Assembly (NCBI RefSeq): GCF_037042905.1
Contig: NC_087252.1
Coordinates: forward strand, 930,001-994,000
Length of the DNA: 64,000 nt
From: Lytechinus pictus
Taxonomy: Eukaryota
Direction: 5' to 3'
The notes beneath the pieces were generated by a model. That model worked only from the letters and a program-made list of their open reading frames with translations, had not been told where the DNA came from and did no database searches. Each line of letters opens with the position of its first letter. Within the stretch, counting starts at the first letter, position 1. Made by a program: the position numbers and the translations under genes. Of this stretch, positions 25,749-38,700 are shown piece after piece.

Positions 25749-27672
25749 TATATGAGTAACTTGTTTCAATAAAAGACAAATATACATAACTTTTTTAGTA
25801 GATCACGACTCATGACTCTGCCATTAAATTGTTATACCAATGCTTCCACACCTCTGATGTATACCTTGTACCACTGTGCGATGGGTTAACCAATAATTCA
25901 AGGAATAATTCTAAGGCAAAACTGGATTATTTCGTATAAATTTAATCTCTGAAAAAATGAACTGTTCTTGATCAGTTTATTATTTTCTATGTGACGCCAG
26001 GTCACCCTTATAATCAGACTCAGCAATAACTTTTTATTGTTAAAATCCACTTTGAAGTTATATGTGCACGTATGCTGGCAGGTTATTGCAACAATTGATT
26101 GGCATATAATTTGCATTTATTGTGAAACATGAGGATGATTTATAGTAGTATGAATCTCATTGTTATCATGGTGTGGGTTGCTGTTAAACCACAAAACCAT
26201 TAAATACCTCCAGCATATATACAAATGGAATTGAATAATAATACACCACTGTTTCCGACAGAAAGACAGAAACCAGGGTTTGTTCATAGATGTGGTTTCA
26301 CGCTTCAGTCAAGCTCACATTATTCATACCTGCTGGGACTAGGCATTGCACCACAGCTATCATGAATGGTATCACGGCTAATAGTCCTGAAACATCTCAA
26401 ACTATCCCTGATTCCATACCCAGAATGCACCTTTCTTACCATATCGTCTTGTGGAAAATCCCCCTTTCAAATTTCAGGAGTCTGTGTCGCATTCTTTTAA
26501 CAGGAATCCCACTTTGAAGGCACTATGCATCTTTTCATAGCAGCTTTTCTGTATTCCTATTGGTTTGTCTATGATGAAGTTTACAAATTAAAAGGTCGCT
26601 TGCGAGATTCCAGCGCGGAAGATGAGCATGGTTCTGCCTTTTGATAAGGTATAGGTGTACATAAGTTTAATAATCGTCATCATATTGAAATTCAGTGAAT
26701 ATATGCACTGATACGACAAGAAACCTCAAGAAAGTTTAAAACTGTTATTGGTGATTAGTTTTGACTTCCTTATGAATCATTTTTTAGATTTTATGAGTTT
26801 ATTTTAGGTAGGACCAACTGTTTTTCTTTGTCTTATTACTTGCACAGATCCGGAAGGGATGCTATAATTAAACTGATGTCTGCTGATTGAAGGAAGGATG
26901 TAACTACAGTTATGATCATGTGAATGACTTGGTGTCAGTCTGATCAGTCCTCACTCGTACCTCCGTCGATGTAACAGGAAAAGGCCCAGTGCAAGCAGGG
27001 CATCAGGCGATTATCAGGGAAAACTTGGCAGCGTTTGACAAACAGCGGATCAATTGCCTAATGTAGCAGAAAACCTCTTTCATGGATTCAATAAAGCATC
27101 AGGACTGGTTTGTAGAGCAACGCATTTAGACAGCTGGATATCAAAAGGATACTGAGGAACAGCCTCTTTGCGGACCAGATTTGTTGGGTAAACTGGAGAG
27201 AAAGCAACATCATTAGCTGCGGAAAGTGAACTCTGTGATAAATATTTGATGAAAGTACAATGGAAAGAAGGATTTAATGAATTGTGATTGATATCATCAC
27301 AAAAGCCGCTGCCAAATTGGTCCAAATTGATGAATCTGAAGTTTTTTCGTGTAGCAAAAAGAGGATTGAACGCAGATGGCCAATTAGCTGGAAAATTAGG
27401 AGTCCCTCTGGAAATATCTCCAATTTGTACCGGATCGCGATGAGCGGTGCCAAATCCGTGCCCCAAAATAGCTGTTATGATTCCAGAGGATCTGTGGGAT
27501 TTCAGGTTGTTGACAACATTCCAGTCTGAAAAATAGATTTATTTAGAATAAAAATAAGCATTCAAGGAGAACATTAATGATTCCACAAGGGTAAATATAG
27601 AAACTCAGAAGCTGATAGTTGAAAACATTGATTAGCGTTATCTTGCAACTTGAGTTAATTACAGTGGTTACC

Positions 27673-27748
27673 ATGGCAACTACTCTTTATTACAAGTTCT
27701 TCATCGTCTCTTTCTTGTCATTACTATGGAGACCATGGTCACATTTAG
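27673..27748 (+). CDS. IgSF receptor exon 1: signal peptide MATTLYYKFFIVSFLSLLWRPWSHL
   Basis: Strong Kozak context accATGG, hydrophobic core, G|GTGAGT phase-1 donor that joins in frame to VIDAQQ of the next exon. Confidence 0.8.
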
Positions 27749-30700
27749 GTGAGTACTGACAGCTATTGTGAATTAGTGACACAAAAATATGGTAATAAAG
27801 TATATACACATGTGCTTACATTAAAAAAATAATGTTAATGACTGATAATACAGTCATGTATTTCCTTAATTTCATCAAAATTATCTTTTTGATAATTTCA
27901 CCTCCCCCCTCCCACGAAAAAGTGATATACCCTAACATTGAGGGATAAGGGTACATAAGTGCGAAGCTACATAGTCCATACTGTAGTTTTGTACAATTGG
28001 TATAATTGAAACCACCTTTGTGAATTTGGGCCAATGAGAGATGATTCTCAGAATTATTATCTCTAACATTCTTTTACAACATGATATTTAAAATTATAAG
28101 GTTGAGAGTGCAAGATTGATACTAAATTCATTTTTCTTTCTAATTTTTGTTTCTCCTCAGTGATTGATGCTCAGCAAACGGTTGTATCAACGCCTGAAAA
28201 TCTATCCGTCAAAGAAGGAGAAACAGTGACGTTAGTTTGCAGTTACGAGCCTAATACGACTGAATTATATTTTGGCTCGCTCTCGTGGCAAATGGGCTCA
28301 AGTGTGTTAGCAGCATACAGTTGCCCTAATGCTTGCAGCAGAACAAATCAAAATACAGACCATTATTCTCTGGATGTTGATTTAATATCAAGCGGTAACT
28401 TGACAATCAGAGATGTTACCTTGGAGGATGATAATGAATATCAGTGTATAGTCACCACTTTCTATGGGACAGCAGGAAGTACATCTCGCCTGATTGTAAA
28501 TGGTGAGTATTTGTATTAGAGCACCATATACTGTACATGTAGATAGAATATAAAAAAGAGCAATTTGAAGGGGAATCCAACTGAAATAGAAACTTGTTTC
28601 GAGAGGTGACAGTTTGAACTATATCGGACAAACAATAAGAAAGTTATGAATTTTTAAAAGTTGTAAATATTGGTAATCACTATACACATGGAGACTTCAA
28701 ATTGGCCACATATGGGATGTCATAGTGATGTAAGGCAAGGACTACTCATCCATGTACTCCAATACATAAAATGGCTAAAATGTAATTTTATTCAAAAGTT
28801 TTCTTCAAACTTTAGTTTTCTTTCATGAGGATATAAAACAATACTACCTGGGTTATATTTAGATTACTGCCCTAGGGGAATATGTACTGAGAGAAAAACC
28901 ACAAATCCCTGATAATTTAAAGTACATGGCCTATGGGAAAGTTGTCCTTGCCCTTGTCATAATTTACCTACCCAGTTGCCAATTTGAAATCTACATAGTC
29001 TTAGGGATCTCAATTTTAAAACAGCCATAACTTTCGTATTGCTTGTCAGATTTCTTTCAAACTTTCACCATTCTGTCACATTTATCTCCATTCCAACACA
29101 ACATTTCATTACCAAGGCTAGATTCCCCTTTAATTTGAAAATATTTATGCAGAATATTTGCCAATGTTGTCTGTTGTGTTTAGTTCTGCAATATATGTTA
29201 ACTGCTCAACATGAAATCACATGTTCACAAGGGGATGTCAGCATAAAAAAAAAACGTTACTCAAACGTGATACCAACCAAGTCTATATATATATAGCAAA
29301 GCATATTGACTTTTATAGAAAGATATACATGTAGACCTGATTTTGGTTACTGGACTTTTGAAATAAATATTTGCCAAACTCTTATGTACAAAATACAGTC
29401 ACATTATTTCATAACTTTTTGCACCGCAGCGCATACTCCATGATCGGAATAGAATTCAAGATCGCAACACTGTCAAATCCCTTTACACAAAGGTTGAAAG
29501 TGGATTTAAACCTGTGTGAGGGGTCTTTGATATACTCCATTCATCTTCAAGCAATCCGCAGTCTAGGTTTTTGCAGTCAATTATTGTTTCCCCCTCTATG
29601 GCAGTGGAATATATTCAGAAAATTCAGTCTATTATTACTTCTCACAATTCCTCACCAAAGATCTTGTCATAACATCAGTGGAATATATTTTTCAAAGATG
29701 GGCCATCTCAATACAGTGTATATCAAATGGTCATCTTCATAAAGGATAACCATTTTTTTTTGTCTCTAGTTCCCCCAGTTAGCTTGAAGCTCTCGGATAC
29801 AATGACCCCAGCTGGCCATCAGCAAGGTGACATTGTCCCCGTTCTGTCCGGTCAAACCTACACCATCACCTGCACAACAGAACCCGGTGCTAACCCACCA
29901 GCAGACCTAGAGTGGACGTCCACCACTGCTCAAATCACTGAGGAGGATCAGGTTGACCAGCCAGTGACCGCCGGTAGTAAGCTGACGGTGTCTAGTAGGG
30001 AGGTGACCTTCACAGCATCGATGGCTGACCATCTGACAGCGGTCACTTGCGAAGCGACGCATCCTGCTCTAGCGACGTCCCTGACAAAATTTATTCAGCT
30101 TGATGTGCAAGGTACGTTGAGTTTTCTTTTTAAGAGCAATACTCTGGCTATCTTGCTATTATTTTTGAAATTCAGTGCAAAATTTGCAATTAGCCAATCA
30201 GGTGACCGTATTGTAGTAGCATTTAACAGTGACTTGTGACTTTGTTTCAAAGCAACCTTTATTATAAAAAAACAATTGTATTTTATTTACCCAGTGTAGC
30301 CAATTCAAATTTTATGAAACTGCTCTACCAGATGGCTCTGAGTAATATAACATATTATTGTCATTATTAATCTATGATGATAATAACCTATTTAAGCTAG
30401 AAGGCATTAGGTCCCATTGTAAAAGTCTTCGGTATGACTTGGAACAGGTATCAATTTTTCAACCTCCCCTTCACGAGGCAAGAGCTGTCCCAGGCCCCAT
30501 AGTGGTAAATGTCATAAATTGGATTTATATTCAATTTAAACCTGCAGATGGCCAATCATTTAGTATACAAAATATGTCTACAAAGGCCACAGTTTTCCTT
30601 GAACATTTGATCATATAAAATATACAAAAGATCCTGTCTATGAAGACCACGTTTCTTGCCTCCCTTGGTTGTTTTATATGGACAGGTTTCACTCTTTTCT

Positions 30701-33700
30701 CATAGCACTTAATAACTGCAGGAGACCAGCTCAAAAAGAAATACATTGAACCCCACTTATAGTGACCACCAAAAGAAACACATAATGTGGCCTCTGTAGA
30801 CAGGTGGGTGCTATAGACAGGTTGTTATACACACAATATGCCTCAGAACTTGGGAATCGGTTTTTAGTGGTCATTACAGGCAGGTGGCTTCTATAAGACA
30901 GGTTCTTATATAAAAAATCTGCCTCCTTGAGAATTGGTTCTTGTGGTCACTATAAGCTGTTTTAGAGAGGTGGCTGCTAATGCAGGTTTGTCTATATTTT
31001 GTAATAAACTCATTATTTCTTTCCTCTAGTCCCTCCTGAGAATGTAAACATCGCTTACAACGCTGTCATCATCTCCGACGGAGGAACACTAACACTAGAT
31101 GAAGGCACCCCAAACACCATCACCTGCAAGAGCCTTGGAACAAGACCAGCCTCTGCGATCACATGGTACCTCGATGGGGTACAAGTGGCGTCCGGGATCG
31201 GTAGACCGGTGTTTACCCCGAACGACAACGACAGTCGGTTGCAGGACGCATCGAGTAGCATCATCATCCAGCCGTCAAGAGAACATCATGAGCAGGTTCT
31301 ACGTTGCCAGGCAACCACGTTTGGCATCAGCCGTGACGTCAGTATTAGGCTATCTGTTGATGGTATGTAGAATTCAGTGTTTATTAAATCTGGGGTGTAT
31401 TATGGAGCGATGTGGAGCGTTGTGGCCCAGTGGATTAGTCTTCTGACTTTGAAACAGAGGGTCGTGGTTTAGAATCCCAGCCATGGCGTAATTTCCTTCA
31501 GCAAGAAATTTATCCACATTGTGCTGCACTCAACCCAGGTGAGGTGAATGGGTACCCGGCAGGATTAATTCCGTGAATGCATGAGCGCTGAAAGGCAACT
31601 CGAGCTAAAGCCGGGGTAATAATAACAATGTGCCTCGGAATAGAATATTTCTAGATAGATGGCGCTATATAAATGCCTATTATTATCATTATTTCTTTGA
31701 AAAAGAAATAATGATTTATTATAATGTATTGGGCAATTCCGTGAAGTATTTAAATAGTAAATGGTGATTTTTTTACCTGATTGCCATCAAAGAAAGAATG
31801 AATGCTTGCAGGCAACCAGAGGACCAACGACTTGAAGGGATGGTCCGGACTGAAAGTATTTATAACTTAATAAATAGAGTAGAATTCACTGAGCAAAATG
31901 TCGAAAATTTTATCAAAATCGGATAACAAATAACAAAGTTATTGAATTTTAAAAGTTTAGCAATATTTTTTTTAAACAGTCGTCATGAATATTCATTAGG
32001 TGGGCTGATGATGTCACATCCCCACTTGTTCTTTTGTATTTTATTATATGAAATTAGGTTTATTCAATTTTTTCCCTCCAAGAACTAGAAAAATTGGTTT
32101 GACAACTGATTTAGTGCATTAGATATTTATTGCTGCAACTTATTTCATTATAAGGGAGACATATTATTCACACAAGTATGAAATAATGAAAAAAAATATG
32201 ATTTTATGTAATAACATAAGAAAACGAAAAGTGGGGATGTGACATCATCAGCTCACCTTATGAATATTCATGAAGACTGTTTTCACAAAATATTGCTAAA
32301 CTTTAAACTTCAATAACTTTATTATTTATTATCCGATTTTAATGAAATTTTCGGCATTTTGCTCAGTGAATTCTACTCTATGTAATAAGATATAAATATT
32401 TTCAGCCCGGACCATCCCTTTAAGGTCCTCTCTGAGTTACCTGATGAGGATTTAAATACTTTACCAATGGGCACTAGTGCACCAAATGGAAATCGAACCC
32501 GGGTCACTGGAATCCGAAATCCCCACTCTACCGACTGAGCTATTGCGCATCCTATTGGTACATTAAAAATGGGGGTCTGGTGACTGTTTCATGAACCTGT
32601 TCGTAAGTTAAGAGCAACTTTAAGAACGACTGGTGATCCTTTCTCGTGGTGGTACATGTATACACCAAAATATTCATTGGCAATGGTTTAGCAAGTAAGA
32701 AAGGTTCACCAATCGTTCTTTAAGTTGCTCTTAACTTTAATACGAACAGCTTTCAGTATGAAACACCCTCCAGGTGTACACATAGATTGATTAAATCGAA
32801 TTCCCCATTTACATGAATCTTGCTCTCAAATGCAATCAAGAAAATAAACCCTGAAAGAGATTGCTCAAAGCTTCACAAATTTGTCATCTCTTCCAATAAC
32901 CTTTAAGCATTTCCTTGGCAGCGAAAAGCTCAACATTTTTTTATACAAGGAATGGTTCTTGTTTGACTGGCACCAGGAAACATATAAATGAAATAATCTC
33001 TCTCTGGACCGAACAAGGAACATCTCACTAGGAAATGATATTTGACCTTCAATTGCAAAGCAAGAAAATAAATTACAAATGGGGGTTTTCTTAAGAGCCA
33101 AAAGAGAAGAGTAATAAAAACTATGAACTTGTGAAGTTGTATATCAAGTCAATACAACTAAACATTTAGGATCAAATACAATGTATGAGCTGCAAGTTTT
33201 TCTTAAAGTTGAAAAACATATTCTACTCTATATATGTATTTCTTGAAAAATGTCCTTCCTTAATTTCATAATTTATCAAGAGCTGCCGATTAGTAGGACT
33301 ATTCAGGGAAAAGTTACACTGAATAGGATTTTCCCCCTGAAATAGAAATAGGATTTTTGAAACTTAATGTTGATTTTTGGTATGTTTTTCAAAATTTTAA
33401 AGAAAACTAGGATTTTATGCTTGAAAATAGGATGAAAAGAAATGAACAATAATAAAGTTTTTTTTCACAATTATATTTGGCAGCTTTGCATTATCCATTA
33501 TTTCATATTTTTTCCCCGGCCTGTAAATCAGAGCAAGTAAAATGGTTTGAAAGCTAAGAATTTACTCTGTTCTACAAAGCCAAAGAAAATAACAAACTGT
33601 AACCTGTTGTTTTGAATTGAAGGATCTTATATGTTCCTAACTTGGTGATCTTTTGATTTTGTTGCTGTACCTGGGGCCCGTAACACAAAACTTAGCAATG

Positions 33701-35744
33701 ATCGTAGGACATTTTTCTACGATTTATTCCATTGATTACAATGTACAATCAATTGTGAAAATCAAGCGTACGATCAATTGCTAACCCTTGTGTTACAGGC
33801 CCCTGGTTGTTATCTAAATTCATAACATGGTAAAAAAGGACAGCATTGCGGCATTTCCCTTATGTTTACAAAGAGAAATTGAACAGTGGATGGGGGCGGC
33901 ACGCATGATGGTTCAAAAGAAGTAATACAGTTGTGATCAGAAGTTAGTGAACCCTGCCACAAAACACACTCCTTCATGCTGAGTGTTGAACGTAGACAAC
34001 AACAATACAATGTTTGGTGAACCCATATAAACAAACTTCATTGAATGTAATATATCATCACCTGACTTCACAATTGAATATCTAAAATATGGCAGAACTT
34101 GAACACTTTAAATATGTTCATTTTCTGATGGGGTTCACTACCTTTTGAGCAACACTGTACATGTACATGTCTTTGTATTGATCACAACTTGAAATTAGAT
34201 GTATTCAATAGGATTTATTGTTGAAACTTTGTCTAATCCCTTGTTATGATGAATCTGTTTTCATTGAATGTTGACATCCTTTTCAATTTTGTTTTGATTC
34301 TTTGTCTTCTCTTCCTTTCACACGTTTCTTTTCTTTGTTTCTTCTTCCTTTTTCCTTGTTCATTTGATTTATTGATGCATTTTTCTTACAATGGCTGTGA
34401 TTCAATAACATGATCATCTTCATCTTTGATGGAAGTAAAATTTGATAAGAGTTACATTAAATGGATAATCCTGGTCATAGCTTGTATAGGTTTCCATGAA
34501 TCAATGTACTGTACATGTACATGTATATGAATCATGAAGAGGTGTAAATATTCACATCTGAATGGTACACACTTTAAAACACAAGTAAGCACCGACAATA
34601 ACAATGGTCTGTAGACAACACACATTACTATTATCAATATGATTATTACCATCATCACCATCATCATCAACATCATCATCTTCATCATCATCATCTTCAC
34701 CACCATCATCATCATCATTGTCATCATCAATCGTCATCATCATCACTATCATCATCAACATCATCATCGTCATCATCCTTACCACCATCATCATCATTAT
34801 CATCATCGTCATCATCATCATCATCATCATTGTTATTGTTATCATTTTGTTGTTGTTGTTATTTTACTATTCCTTATATTTGACATCTCTTCTCTGGCTA
34901 GGTCCACCTGACCCACCGGTAATCAGTGGTATCCCTGACGCCATCATCATCATCGTCATCATCAATCATCATTATTATCATCATCGCATCATCATCATTA
35001 TTGTTATTATTATCATTTTGTTGTTGTTGTTATTTTACTATTCCTTATATTTGGCATCTCTTCTCTGACTAGGTCCACCCGACCCACCGGTAATCAGTGG
35101 TATCCCTGACACCATCGATGAAAACCAGCAAACCTCTATCACCTGTGAAGCCGACAATGGCCACCCATCCCCCTCCTTCCAGTGGTTCATTGGCAATAGG
35201 AACCTCAGCGCCGATGCAACGCTTCAGGTGTCTGCAGACGCCAACAACCGTATCGACGCCTTGAGCCAGCTGCGGTACCTGCCTCTGAGGGAGGATAACG
35301 GTCTGGCGCTGCAGTGTAATGTTATCCACAATCAGCTCTCACAGCCGATGAAAGTGATGAGTGATATCCTTGTTGTTAATTGTGAGTTGAATATTTTTTT
35401 TTTGGGGGGGGGTTGGGATTCGAGGGTGGTGGTGGTTGTAGGAAGGTTAGAGATGGTATCAATGAGAGTGCAAGTAGTTGTGTATTTTGTCGTAATAGTG
35501 ATGGGGATGGTAGTGGAAACTTGTTGATTTTTGAAGGTTTATGACAACATCGCCAGGTTCATTATGTCGAATTATTTTACCAGAGAGTCAAAATTATTGT
35601 TTTCTGAGAAATTAAAGTACATGTACCACGTTTAATATCAATTTGTTGTAAGAAAACTTGTTTGATAATAGTAATAGTGGTGACAGGGATGTTAGTGGAA
35701 ACTTTGGTGCGATTATTGAGACTGATGATAATGATATTGATATG

Positions 35745-35776
<32 letters not shown>

Positions 35777-38700
35777 GATGATGATAATAATAATGTGCTG
35801 ATTTTTCGGATTATTATGAAAGTGATGATGATAATTAGAAAACTTAAGATTATTATGAAAGTGAAGATGATGATGATGATTACTGATAACGATGACAAAA
35901 TATATTAATTTATGTACTTAGACGATGTTGATGATGATAATGATAACAAAATATATTACTATTATCTTCTTCGTATCCTTAGACTGTCCGACGACCGTTG
36001 AGGTCACCATCTGCCCTGAGGTTGAAGCGGGGTCATCAAAGGTCATGGTTTGTCGATCCGGGGCCAGCAATCCTGCGTCTAATCTAGTCTGGATACAAGG
36101 TATAACCCAGTTGCAACCCAGTCATTCATTTGAAGTATTAAATCAGGATGATGTTTACATGTAGTAAACTTTTTGTAAAGTATCCAAGACCTGTTCTTAG
36201 GTACCAAGTCATTTACGCAGGAATATATCATTTAGCACAAGAAAAGGTCACCAGTCGTGTTATGCATTAACTTACAAAACTGCTTCGGGAATGGTTCCCT
36301 TCTTTGACTGCGTTGAATTGGGGACACAACATTTGCTTTGGCAACAATTGCTCCAGGGTTTATTTCCTATAAGATAAAGGGTTAGGGAATAGGGTTGCAA
36401 TAGGGTTTTATGCTAGGTTTAGGATACGATATAGCATTAGATCCATGCCTCTTCCATGGCTGCCTCCCCCCCTCCATTAGCTCTGTGCGAATCAATCATT
36501 CCAGTAGCTTATCACAGAATATGTCTGTGTACAAATCTGATATTCCAAAGAGTATTTAAAGTTTGTCAGCTAAGATTGCACAACAATGACAAATATATGC
36601 CAACCAACCCCCCCCCCCCACACACACACATACATGAATACAATGACTTAAACAAAAAAACAAGACTAACAAGAGCTGAATGAAATAAAGCACTTCAAAC
36701 TTAATTTTAATGCCACTTGTAAGAAATATGAAACCATAATTAACTCAAAATAAACAGCCTCTTTTAGTACAATGCACCCTTGAATATAAGCCACTTCAAG
36801 AACACTTTATAAAATCGGAAAAAAACATTAATGAAGGTTGATATCGATAATTGGAGAAATAATCAGTGATTTTGATTTAGTTATCTTCCTACAACAATGA
36901 AGTGGAAATAAATACCAATAAAGTAAACGTAAGTATAAATGAAAACTAATTCAAGGTATACTGTACAAAAAGTTAAAACCAATACTAGAGGTCGATACTG
37001 GTAATTGGATAAAATTATTTCACAAAATGACTTTGTTGCACAGATTCAGTTATCTTTCTCCAACAATGAAGTGAAAATAAATACCAATAAAGTAAACGTA
37101 AGTATAAATAAAAACAAATTCAAGGTAAAAAAAAACCAGAACAAATTATTGAGGTCGATACTAGAAATTGGTTTATCCAACTTATAAATTGGTAATTTGG
37201 AAGAAGTTATCTTTCTGCAATGAAGTTGACAATTTTTAATAATCTCTTCAACTCAGATGCCTCTTACCATTCATACTCTACGCGTCATTCAGCAGATCTT
37301 CACCAATATCTTCCAAAAACTAAAATTACCCCAAATTCTCTACATTGTAGAGGAATCAAGCTGTGGAATGATTTAAATAATGACATTAAACAAAGTAAAA
37401 CCCTAAATAAGTTTTAAAAACTTTTGAAAGTTGAATTTTTCTCTCAGTATAAAAACTCCTGCCAATAGCACACTGTAGGTCACTATGATTTATAATTATT
37501 ACTTCTAGTTTGCTTGTTTCTTTATTTCCCCCTATATTAGCCCATTGTTTCTTTTCTATTTTTTTTAAAATTGTATTTACATGTTATTTGTTGTTTACTC
37601 TTTATGTATTTCTTACATTGTTTGTATTTAATTGTATCATGGTGGTGCCCCACCCACAAGTTTTTTTAAATGAAAACTTCCAGGGGCTCCCAATCCCATG
37701 TTTTTATCTAATTTGTATATACATTTACCTGTATTTTTATGATTGATTGATTGAAATTAATTTTGAATTGAATTGAATTGACAATATCCATTTATATCAA
37801 TGATAGCATTGCCTAAAAACCATAAGCTGATTATTGCTTATATTACACACATTAATCATCTAACAATATACATATCTTTTAATATTACTGTACTGCAGAC
37901 AGGTTTATGATGATGGGGGAGGGGGGGTTATCTAAAAATGACTTTCATTATGTCCAGTAGATGAAAGTATAGGGGTAATACACACAGTTGTATATGTAGA
38001 GGTGGTTTCACTATTACCAGCAAGTTACTTTCATTATCTCTTGAGCCGTTTTCTTCTTTTTACTATTCATTTTTTATTATTTTAGGTTTTTTTTTAATCC
38101 GTCCCCTCTTGTGCTACTTGTGGCCACATTGTGTGTCATTTATCATTTCCATGTTTTCAGAACGACTGAAAAAAGGGAAAAAATAAAAGAAAATGAAGTT
38201 ACTTCATAATTGGTGCGCTGCCAAGAGAATAATAGGAAATTGGTCATCCACATTCACAAAGCTTTTATTTCCTGTTATTATTTAATAAAAACAATAGTAC
38301 AAAAATACATTATTCACTATTGCTGATCTCAGGAATAAGAAGAGGTTATAGAGAATAATTATTGTCGCACATGAAGAAGTAATAATACCATAATAGCGCT
38401 TGAACATCATATTTATGTATAGTGTGTGGCAAAAATAGTTAATAATGACTGATCGCCAAACAAAAAGATATAAAAATGAAGAAGAGTTATTAAGATATTA
38501 CACTAATACATGTTTGTATGGTTATACTTTTTTATGTGTAGGTGTTGAATACGGGAATTAAGAATGTTTCATCATATCTTGGTGTCAGTGCAAGAACACC
38601 CTTAGCAAAGCATTTTCATGCACCACATCGGTACAGAAACACCCTTACGCAATGCACTTATGCGTGCTGCTAAAGATGTTTTTGCGCGCATGCAATGTGC

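Noticed and set aside
27080..27529. Overlapping 128-aa and 81-aa ORFs upstream of the receptor
   Set aside because: No recognisable motifs, non-ATG starts, and no supportable exon structure
32480..32551. tRNA gene (also 31414-31485)
   Set aside because: A and B boxes are present but there is no intact cloverleaf and they continue into SINE bodies
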